Assembly: GCA_977017575.1 (NCBI GenBank)
Contig: CDRNVI010000144.1
Span: 62,001 to 126,000 of the forward strand
DNA from: Paramoeba atlantica
Taxonomy: Eukaryota > Protista > Discosea
Reading direction: 5' to 3'
DNA: 64,000 bases
In this document: positions 11,525-27,118 of the stretch, in pieces
Layout: every line of letters begins with the position of its first letter
Numbering within the stretch: the first letter of the stretch is position 1
Notes under the pieces: model-generated
Databases searched by the model: none
What the model saw: only the letters and a program-made list of their open reading frames with translations
What the model was told of the DNA's origin: nothing
Program-made: the position numbers and the translations under genes

Positions 11525-13070
11525 GTGACTGTTATCCACTTTTGTGAGAAAAACCTTACTGGAATTTTTCAATTATCTATTATTCAAATCTAATAGGCTT
11601 AGTACCAACCCACTAAGCAGTCTCAATTGGCCAGGTGGGCACTCTTTGCCACCAATTTTCCCTCTGAGAGTAGAAAACCAGCTTTAAAATTGCAGGAGGG
11701 TAGTGTGGGAGTTTCACCCACTAAAAAACTCACTATCTCCAAGTAGATAACCCTTTTTAGACTCCATTACCCCATCTAAAAAGGTGTGCTTGGGCAGTAC
11801 CCGCCCTGCCATACCATTTCTAGCTTTGGCCCACCTGAAATAAATATACTCCCATAAGAAATCCTCTCATTGGCACAAAGATGATTTAAATCTTAGTTAA
11901 AACACCTTCTTCATCTTACATTTTACTCTTTTCATCATTGTGAAGAATAATAAAAGAGGGTAAATCTTTTGTCACATTTGCTTATTCTTAATGATCATAA
12001 AGAGGAAAAACCTCCACCCAAAATTTAGAAGGAGGTTTTTTCAACTCACCAAATCTTTACATAGCACACATCTTTATCAGAGTTTATTGCTCATTATTCC
12101 TTTTTTTGGTTGAATGTTCTTTTTGAAAAGAAGAATTTATCTTTTTAGTGAAAACCTTTAATAATATTTTGAAAAGGAGTATAAAGGGATGCAGAAAAAG
12201 ATGTCTTTCATTTAATAAAAAAAATCAATCCTTTATTTATTGAAAGAAAATAAAGACCAGTCTAATAAGATAATATGAATTCTTTAAAGATCTAAAATAT
12301 TTGTTTTATTCATTGATTTCCATTCTTTTCTGATGAAATAAAACAATTTTGAAATATCCAACAAATCAACTTTGGAATTACACTGAGAAGAATAACTAAT
12401 AAACTTCTTACAAAATAAAGGGTAAAGATTTCTCTTTATGGTTGTCTCTTAAATTATCAGGAGTTATTTTAGAGACACTCTTGAGCATCCTTCTTATTTC
12501 AAGAGCAGAATTGATTAACCTGGAGTTAATCATCAACATAAGATGGTTGAATTAACATTTAGTGCACTAGAAAAAACTCTAGATTCATTTCTAGGCCCAC
12601 GAAGAGGGAGATAATTCAAGGAGCTTTCAAGGAAAAAACCTTTCCCAAAAAAGGAAATTCAGACACAGAGAAGATCCACAGTATCAGGTTTCCCCATCCA
12701 GATTCCACCCTAGAGTCAGAATGACCCAATTCTCTCCTTTTAGTGTGCTCAACTCGAATCCAGCGTTGAGCTTCTTGTTTAACTTTAGAGAGAAGCCCTT
12801 GAATATCATTTCGATATTCATTCCATCTTGAGCACTCAAATATCATATGATATGGAGTTTCAACCTTTCCAGTACTATTGTTGCACATTGGACAAGTTGT
12901 TGTTTTAAACCTCTCTTCAATAAGCCTACAATCAGCCAATCTTTTAGCTGTCCAGTAGCAACCTATTCTCAGTCTAACTAAGCAAACAGCATCCAGTGAG
13001 ATTTCAGGTTGAGAAATGCAGATTTTGTACCATTCACGACTGGACAGCATATTCCATTTATTGTAGTGAA
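11494..13070 (-). mobile_element. 5'-truncated L1/Tx1-like non-LTR retrotransposon (ORF2 C-terminus, 3' region, poly(A))
   Basis: ORF 12616-13050 has the CCHC-type motif CPMC...ETPYHMIFEC typical of the L1 ORF2 C-terminus. A 30-nt poly(A) on the minus strand lies at 11494-11523, after ...CAGTCACC. Confidence 0.75.
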
Positions 13071-13152
13071 TTTTTTTTTTTTTTTTTTTTTTTTTGGTGA
13101 CTGCTGGGACTTTATCAGTTCACAAAGAAGGAAAAAACCTTACCAGAATCTT
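13071..13152 (-). mobile_element. Short 3' stub of a related L1-like element with poly(A)
   Basis: 25-nt poly(T) followed by GGTGACTG and AAAACCTTAC, both shared with the 3' end at 11524-11560. Confidence 0.65.
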
Positions 13153-13243
13153 ACTATTTTTTTTTCCAAAAAAAAAGACTATTTTTTTCTTCTCCCTCCC
13201 AATTAGGAAAAAAGAAAAAAACATCTTCAAAAAGAATTCAAAG
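13153..13243 (-). repeat. Isolated copy of the last ~91 nt of the rDNA 5' ETS
   Basis: Near-identical to 24756-24849, the sequence immediately upstream of the 18S 5' end. Confidence 0.9.
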
Positions 13244-13386
13244 TGTTAAAGGAAAATAAAAGATAAAAAGACAACAGAAAAGGAGAGAATGAAATGGAGA
13301 AAGAGAGGTGATCAAAAGGACATCAAAGTGAATTCCAGAATTAGAGGAGAAAGAGAGAGAAATTATGAGTACCACTTGAAAAAAAT

Positions 13387-13445
13387 TGTACTACCTAGGA
13401 ATTGAACCCAGTGTGTCTGCTTGGAAGGTGGACAGGTTGCCATGA
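13387..13445 (-). pseudogene. Decayed, 5'-truncated tRNA-Gly(TCC)
   Basis: Minus strand TCCAC-CTTCCAA-GCAGA ACA CTGGG-TTCAATT-CCTAG GTAGTACA. Stem mismatches are repaired by reverting mostly TG/CA to CG. The acceptor 5' strand is absent. Confidence 0.7.
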
Positions 13446-13712
13446 GACGAGACGAAGAGGGGCAGAGAAGGAACAAGTGGAAAAAAAAAACCAAAAAAGG
13501 AAAAAGGGAGAGAATACAAATATAGAAAAACAACAAATAAAGATAGTCGGATATAATCAACCCTCAAGTAAAATTTATTGAAAAAATGAGAGGGGAAGAA
13601 GAGAGGGATGAGGGAGGGATGAGCGGAGTAAATATATCTGTTACCTCAAGTTAAAAATAAGTTAAAAAAGAAAAAATAATAAAAAATAGTTATTATTTTT
13701 TAAAATAAAAAA

Positions 13713-14276
13713 CCAAATCGCTCGAACTAAAAGAGCTTAATCTCAGAGGATCGTAACAACAAGGTTACTCAACCTCTTACAATTCCTCGTTCGTATTTAA
13801 GTCGTCTACAAAGGATTTGTATTTTCCTGAATTATTTTGGAATTCTTTTCCAGGGTTCGTAGGATAAAAAAGCGATGACTCGAGCTTCTAAACCTGGCAA
13901 CCCCACACCACTATTCTAAAATTGAATAGAGTTTTTAAGGTATTGGATACTAAAAGGTAAAACACCAACATTTAATTAACCCCGAAAGATTAATAAATAG
14001 AAAGTATTCTATGCTATGCATCTTCTAGTATCTATTGTTACTCATGTAAAATAACAGGAAAACGAAATAAATTTCAAAGTTGTAAAGGAGTGTCATCGTT
14101 TAATTAGCAAGGATTCTGGCTTAGAGGCGTTCAGCCGTAATCCGACAGATGGTAGCTTCGCAGCACTGTTTGATCAAACAACTGCATTTACCAATTATCT
14201 GAACGAACGGTTCCTCTCGTACTGAGTTCGATTACTATCACGAAAACAAAAAGAATGTAGTCAATTCATCAGTAGA

Positions 14277-14324
<48 letters not shown>

Positions 14325-14366
14325 ATTAGTGGGTGAACAATCCAACACTTGGCGAATTCTGCTTCG

Positions 14367-14404
<38 letters not shown>

Positions 14405-14417
14405 AACGTCGCTTCGA
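13713..14417 (-). rRNA. 28S rRNA, 3' segment (downstream of the insertion)
   Basis: Conserved LSU motifs in reverse complement, e.g. CTCACGACGGTCTAAACCCAGCTCACGTTCCC and GCCGACATCGAAGGATCAAAAAGCAACGTCGC. The 3' end is near GCTTAATCTCAGAGGATCGTAACAACAAGG. Confidence 0.95.
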
Positions 14418-14420
14418 TGC

Positions 14421-14849
14421 TTTTTTTTCTTCTTTTTTTTGAAACAAACTTTATTTAATTAGTAGTTTTTAATCTAAACCATTTGAATTATATTAAATTA
14501 TATTTGTTTTTAACCTTTTAATAAGAAATAAAGTTTTAAACTTCAATTTAGTTTAGTTATTCTTTATATTGAACTTTAGAACTTCTACAAGTTTAGGATA
14601 AAGGATGTATATCAAAAAAAAAAATAATTCAAAGTTCTTTTCAAGGAAATTTATTCTCAACTTTTTAGCAAATAGAGTTGAAATGTAATTTGTTTTGATT
14701 TTCACACTTTTTTAAAAGTTCTTCATTTCAATCAAATTACTTTATAATACTAAAAAATTTTTTTATAATATTAAAAAAACTAAAATTTGAACTTATACCC
14801 TTAAGGTTAAACATAATTAAATTTACAACTAAACTATAAGCATTAATTT
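14421..14849 (-). mobile_element. Hypermutated full-length copy of the tRNA-derived SINE
   Basis: The reverse complement of 14441-14849 aligns end to end with 35888-36294. An A-rich tail occupies 14421-14440. Differences are almost all C>T/G>A. Confidence 0.9.
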
Positions 14850-15009
14850 ATAAAAAAATAAAAGATTAAATTTTATAAATTATATTTTTTATTGATTTAA
14901 CAAAAATAGTTAAATTATTAGCAAAGTATAATTAAAAAAATACAAATATTGAAAAATAATAAATAAAAATAATAAAATATACTCAATCCTCAAGTAAAAT
15001 TTATTAATG

Positions 15010-15930
15010 AGTAACATTTCTTAAAAAATGAATACTTTTTAAAAGATTAATACTTCTCAAAAGATTAACACTTCTCAAAAGATTAATACTTTTCAAAGTT
15101 AATACTTCTCAAAAGGTTAACACTTCTTAAAAGGTTAATACTTCTCAAAAAGTTAACATTTCTCAAAAGGTTAACACTTTTCAAAAGGTTAACACTTCTC
15201 AAAAGGTTAACACTTTTCAAAAGGTTAACACTTTTCAAAAGGTTAACACTTTTGAAAAGGTTAACACTTCTCAAAAGGTTAACACTTCTCAAAAGGTTAA
15301 CACTTCTCAAAAGGTTAACACTTTTCAAAAGGTTAACACTTTTCAAAAAGTTAATACTTTTCAAAAGGTTAACACTTTTCAAAAGGTTAACACTTTTCAA
15401 AAGGTTAACACTTTTCAAAAGGTTAACATTTTTCAAAAAGTTAACACTTCTTAAAAGGTTAACACTTCTCAAAAGGTTAACACTTCTTAAAAGGTTAACA
15501 CTTTTCAAAAGATTAACACTTTTCAAAAAGTTAACACTTCTCAAAAAGTTAACACTTTTCAAAAGGTTAACACTTCTTAAAAGGTTAACACTTTTCAAAA
15601 GGTTAACACTTCTTAAAAAGTTAACACTTCTCAAAAGATTAACACTTTTCAAAAGATTAACACTTTTCAAAAAGTTAACACTTTTCAAAAGGTTAACACT
15701 TTTCAAAAGGTTAACACTTTTCAAAAGGTTAACACTTTTCAAAAGGTTAACACTTTTCAAAAAGTTAACACTTCTTAAAAGGTTAACACTTCTCAAAAAG
15801 TTAATACTTCTCAAAAGGTTAACACTTTTCAAAAGATTAACACTTCTTAAAAAGTTAATACTTTTTAAATGGTTAATATTTCTTAAAAAATTAATACTTT
15901 TTAAAAAATAAATATTTCTTAAAAAATTAA
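15010..15930. repeat. Tandem array of ~50 x 18-bp units, consensus AAAAGGTTAACACTTCTC
   Basis: The period of 18 is visible directly, with a central GTTAAC palindrome. Variants are C/T and G/A transitions, and the edges are more degenerate. Confidence 0.95.
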
Positions 15931-16141
15931 TACTTTTTAATCAATTAACATTTTTAATTTTTTTTTAAGATATTTTTTTTGAGAAAGAAAAAGAAATTTT
16001 TGTAAAAACCATATAAGGAAATGTATAAATAAAGAAATTTTATTTATACAAATAAAGAATTTTATTTCAAAAAATTGGGTCTATTTTCAAAATTTTTAAT
16101 TTTTGGTTTATTTTTTGGTTTCCACTTTTCTAAATTGAAAA

Positions 16142-18499
<2,358 letters not shown>

Positions 18500-18626
18500 A
18501 GTAGGAGTTTTAAGTGAATCTTTATTTTTGTTTTGTAATCCTTTGGTTGATTGAAATAAAGAATGTTTTTTTTTCATTTTGTTTAGTATATATTTTCTTT
18601 CTTTTTATTTTTATTTTTTTTTAAAT

Positions 18627-21965
<3,339 letters not shown>

Positions 21966-22279
21966 TCAATCAAAAAAGAAAGAATAAACTAAAAAAGGAG
22001 AATAAAAAATTGAATTTGAAAACACATTTTATTTCAATTTTGAAAAAAAGAAAAATAATAAATAAAGATATTTATTATTTTTTACTATTTTTTCAAAAAA
22101 AAAAATAGAATTGAATTTGAAATTCGATTAATTTTTTCTTTTTTTTAGTATCTTTTTACTTTTTCAAGATTTGGTATTATTTTTAAGAAAGTATTTCATT
22201 TTCAATAAAAAGAAAATAGTTTCTCAATAGAATCTCTTTAAAAAATATTAAAATAATTTTAAAAAAATAAAGAATAAAA

Positions 22280-22435
22280 TGACATTCAAATAAATATACT
22301 CTTAGGATAAAACCTAAAAGTGCAATATGCGTTCAAAGATTTGATGATTCACTGAGTTCTGCAATTCACATTACGTATCGCATTTTGCTGCGTTCTTCAT
22401 CGTTACGAGAACCAAGATATCCATTGTTAAAAGTT
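22280..22435 (-). rRNA. 5.8S rRNA
   Basis: Minus strand AACTTTTAACAATGGATATCTTGGTTCTCGTAACGATGAAGAACGCAGC...GTGAATTGCAGAA, between the AT-rich ITS1 and ITS2. Confidence 0.95.
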
Positions 22436-22646
22436 GTTTTTTATTTTTGTTGTTTTGTTTTATTTTCATTTTAATTTTTATCAAATGAATGAAATTTTGA
22501 ACATTTTTTGATACAAATAAAATATCAAAAAAAAGTTTAAATAACAATAAAAACATGTTAAAATACATTTTAAAAAGTTTAAACACATTTTCACTTTTTC
22601 AAAATAAGTTTTTGAAAAGAAAAGAAGATTAATAAAGAAATAATAT

Positions 22647-23413
22647 TAATGATCCATCCGCAGGTTCACCTACGGATACCTTGTTATGACTTTTGCTTCT
22701 TTTAGTTGGCAAGGTTTACTCAAATTCTCAAAAACAAACTTATTAACCGAAATCAATAAGTAACTGCTTCTAATCCTAAGATTTCACCGGACCAACCATC
22801 AGTAGCAGCGATGGGCGGTGTGTACAAAGGGCAGGGACGTAATCAGCACAAGCTGTTGACTTGTGCTTACTAGGAATTCCTCGTTCACGATAAATAATTG
22901 CAAGTATTGATCCCCAGCATGATACAATTTCAAAAGTTTACCCAAAAATGCTAACCTTGTAAAAGATCAGTGTGACTTTTCAGCCAAGGCCTTTTGTACT
23001 TGTTGATTGTATCAGTGTAGCACGTGTGCAGCCCAGAACATCTAAAGGGCATCACAGACCTGTTATTGCCTCAAACTTCCCTTGGTTAAACACCAAGTGT
23101 CCCTTTAAGAAGTTTAAAAGAATAAATCTTTTTTAATATCAATAAAAACGAGTTTTCTTAGCAAACAAATTAAGCGTTAACAAAATCCATTTAACTAAAA
23201 ACCCTCATAAATGTTATTATTAATACAACTAATTAGTAGGCTGAGGTCTCGTTCGTTATCGGAATTAACCAGACAAATCACTCCACCAACTAAGAATGGC
23301 CATGCACCACCACCCACAGAATCAAGAAAGAGCTCTCAATCTGTCAATCCTAACTGTGTCTGGACCTGGTAAGTTTTCCCGTGTTGAGTCAAATTAAGCC
23401 GCAGGCTCCACTT

Positions 23414-23455
<42 letters not shown>

Positions 23456-24755
23456 TGACCATACTCCCCCCAGAACCCAAAAACTTACTGATTTCTTGTA
23501 AAAAGGTACTGGAGGAGTCATCTTTATTCAAAATAAAACGTCTTCCAACCCCTGGTCGGCATCGTTTATGGTTAAGACTACGACGGTATCTGATTGTCTT
23601 CGATCCCCTAACTTTTGTTTTTGATTAATGAAAACATCTTTGACAAATGCTTTTGCAGAAGTTAGTCTTTCATAAATCCAAGAATTTCACCTCTGACAAT
23701 TAAATACTAATGCCCCCAACTATCCCTTTTAATCATTACATTAGTTCTAAAAAACCAATAAAATAGATCCAATGTCTTGTTCCATTATCCCATGCTAATA
23801 GTATTCATTGCAACATTTTTATTATTTTGCTTGCTTTGAACACTCTAATTTACTCAAAGTAAATGAATTAGAATTCTATTTATCAGTTTTATTAATAAGC
23901 AGAACACAAACTCCAAAGAGAATTTATATCCACAATCTTACTAATAAAGGTCCAATAAACACTGACTCTCCCGAAAGAAAATCAAATTATCACCCAATTA
24001 AGTGCAATAATGAATATCTAATAAAATATTTAGAGAATATAATTTAATAAAACACATATGAAAAACCATATGGATTAAACTATAAAACTCTTAAATCCAA
24101 CTACGAGCTTTTTAACTGCAACAACTTTAATATATGCTATTGGAGCTGGAATTACCGCGGCTGCTGGCACCAGACTTGTCCTCCAATTGTTACTTGTTAA
24201 GGGGTTTAGATTGTACTCATTCCAATTACCAAATCAAAATAATGAATTGGTATTGTTATTTTTTGTCACTACCTCCCCGTGTTGGGATTGGGTAATTTGC
24301 GCGCCTGCTGCCTTCCTTGGAAGTAGTAGCCGTTTCTCAGGCTCCTTCTCCGGAATCAAACCCTGATTCTCCGTTACCTGTTACCACCATGGTAGTCCTC
24401 TATACTACCATCGAAAGTTGATAGGGCAGAAATTTGAATGAACTATCATCAGCACAAAAGGCCATACGATTCGTAAAGTTATCATGATTCACCATAATGT
24501 TAACCAACCCCAAAGGATTGCATTGGTTTTTGTATCTAATAAATACATCCCTTCTCTCAAAGGAGTTAGGATTTTATGCATGTATTAGCTCTAGATTTAC
24601 CACGGTTATCCAAGTAGTAAAATAAAGGACCATCAAATAAATTATAACTGATTTAATGAGCCATTTGCAGTTTCACAGTACAAGTGTTTATACTTAGACA
24701 TGCATGGCTTAGTCTTTAAGACAAGCATATGACTACTGGCAGAATCAACCAGATA
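22647..24755 (-). rRNA. 18S rRNA (~2.1 kb), CpG-decayed copy
   Basis: Starts TATCTGGTTGATTCTGCC and ends GTAGGTGAACCTGCGGATGGATCATTA. Universal motifs carry CG>TG/CA changes (e.g. ACCTTGTTATGACTT, AAGAATGGCCATG, CCTTGTGACCATAC). Confidence 0.95.
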
Positions 24756-26479
24756 ACTATTTTTTTTTCCAAAAAAAAAAAGACTATTTTTTTCTTCTCC
24801 CCCCCAATTGGGAAAAAAGAAAAAAACATCTTCGAAAAGAATTCAAAGTATTTCATTAATTTTTTGTTATCAAAAAAATAAGTTTTTTGTTTTTTGTTAG
24901 AATTCAATTTTCCAACAAAGAAATCCTCTTTGCAATTTCTCATTGAACCTCTTCATGAAATAGTTTGAAACAAACAAATGTATTCTGTTTCCAAGTTTTC
25001 AAAAGAGAGAGAAATAAACTGAAAGAAAAAGATAATTCATTTTATTTTTTTTTTATTTCCAGAAAAGGAAAAGAAAAAAAAGAAAAGAAGAAAAATGATT
25101 TTCTTATTCAGAAATTGAAGTTGGTTGTTTTTTCTGTCTTTTTAATCAACAAAAAAATCACCTTTCACAAATTCAATTTTGTTTTGTTTCAAAATTTGAA
25201 ACAGACAAAATAAAAAATAACTCCCACATTTTTTTTGAATTTTATTGTCTGAAGTTACAAAAACTCCAAGCAAAAATGTCACAAAAATGTCCGAGATATT
25301 TTTCAATGAAAAGAGATCCAAACAAAACTGAGATTGACCTTTTAAACTCAATTCAAATCTGTTTTTACTCTCTTTTCTTAATATAGACATTACAAAAAGT
25401 CACGATTGAATAGGACTATGTTTTCCTTCCATTTATAATAAGAGAGAGCATTTATCATGTATGTAACCCCTTTGAGAAGAAAGAGCAGCTTTTTTGGCCC
25501 AGAAAAGCTAATTTTGGAGTTCCAAAAAAGTGGACCAATCAAATAATGCCACGTCATTTCTTTACTTACCCCTTTTTTCCCCCAAATTCTTATTTTATTC
25601 TTCTTTGTTCTTTTTTTTGAACAACCCTTTTTTTGTTCTTTCACCTCTCAACTCATGAGTTTGCTTTTCCCTTTTCCTTTCTCTTTGTATCAAAAAAGAA
25701 TTTCCACAAAAAGTTCAAAGGAAATCACAAACCCCCACACACACCACACTCCACACACCACACACACTATGAAAAACAAAAAAAAATTGAGAATGAAATC
25801 AAGAATTTAATTTGAAAAAGAGAACAAAACACTTTTTTATTTATTCAACATAACAAGTGAGCTTTGTGAAATTTGTTTTTGTGTTGTGTGGTGGGGCCAA
25901 GAGGGGGGGGGGGTAGTAGAGAAACACTCTTTTATCCACACCCAAACCCACAACAACATCAAATTGAGGGTCCATCATTTTAAGAAAAAGAAAGGAAGAA
26001 AAAAGAAGGAAGAAAAAAGATGAAAGAAAGAAAAAGGAAAAAAAAAAAAAAGAGGAAAAAAAAAAGTTTCATCTGGCAACACAAAAGAGAGAACAAAGCA
26101 AGCTGTGTGTATTGTGTGGTTATATGTAATCTGTATATTTCCACATAACTCATCACTCCTTTGAAAAATGTTCCAAAGAGGCTGCAACATTTGTTTCTGT
26201 GAACAAATATTAAAGCCTTTTTAGTTTTTTTTCAATATATCCATTGCAAATTTACCACCCCAACCCCCCCAAACCAAAATAAACCTTGCCCCTCTCCTAT
26301 TTTATTCCATCCCTACCTTGTCAACACAACCCCACCCCCTCCAATATTTAACCACCCCCACAATTATCCATATTATCCAACAGGGTTGATCCAAAGAAAA
26401 ACAGAAGAAAAAAAGAAGAAAAAAAGAAAAAAGAAAAGAAAAGCAAAAAAAGAAAAAAGAAAAGAAAAAAAAGAAAAAA

Positions 26480-27010
26480 AGAAAAGAAAAAAACTTTTGA
26501 AAGAGTAAATCGACAAGAAGGTAGTTTGACATAATTAGGTTTTAAAAAAAGAGAGAAAAGAAAAGAAAAAAGAAGAAAAAAGAAAAAAAAAGAAGAGAAA
26601 AAACCTTTGAAAGAGCAAATTGACAAGAAGTGGTTCAACTCAGACCAAGTTTAAAAAGAGAAAGAAAAAAGAGAGAAGAGAAAAAGAGAGAGAAAAAGAG
26701 AGAGAAAAAGAAAAACATTTCAAAGAGCAAAAGAAGGTAGCCCCCCCACATCAGGTTAAAAAAGAAAAAGGAAAAGGAAAGGAAAAAGAAAAAGGAAAAA
26801 GAAAAAGGAAAAGAAAAAGAAAAAGAAAGGAAAAAGAGAGAGAGAAAGAGAGAAAAACCTTTGAGCAACAAAGAAGCAGTTCAGTTCAGACCAAGTTCAA
26901 AAAAAATCAAAAAAAAAGAGAAGAGAAAAAGAGAGAGAAAAAAGAAGAGAGAAAAAACCTTTGAAAAGAAAAAAAAGAAAAAGAAGAGAAAAAACCTTTG
27001 GAAAGAAAAA
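26480..27010 (+). repeat. Degenerate ~120-bp repeat downstream of tRNA-Lys
   Basis: The island AAAACCTTTGAAAGAGCAAA..AGAAG..CAGACCAAGTT recurs at ~26490, 26600, 26715 and 26855, with partial copies at ~26955 and 26992, separated by A/G tracts. Confidence 0.6.
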
Positions 27011-27045
27011 AAGAAAAAAAAAAGAAAAAAAAAAGAAAAAAAAAC

Positions 27046-27118
27046 AGCCCCTGGCGGGGCTCGAACCCGCGGCCACTAGATTAAGAGTCTAGCGCTCTAC
27101 CGACTGAGCTACGGAGGC
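27046..27118 (-). tRNA. tRNA-Lys(CTT)
   Basis: GCCTCCG TA GCTC AGTCGGTA GAGC G CTAGA-CTCTTAA-TCTAG TGGCC GCGGG-TTCGAGC-CCCGC CAGGGGC. One acceptor mismatch (C:A) is consistent with CG>CA. Confidence 0.9.

Noticed and set aside
15083-15911. 249-aa and 219-aa LRR-looking ORFs (KSVNLL / KRLTLL repeats) on both strands
   Set aside because: They are by-products of an 18-bp tandem array whose unit lacks stops in those frames. Neither has a unique domain or a credible start.
15010-15930. CRISPR-like array
   Set aside because: The units are directly adjacent with no unique spacers, there are no cas genes, and the context is eukaryotic.
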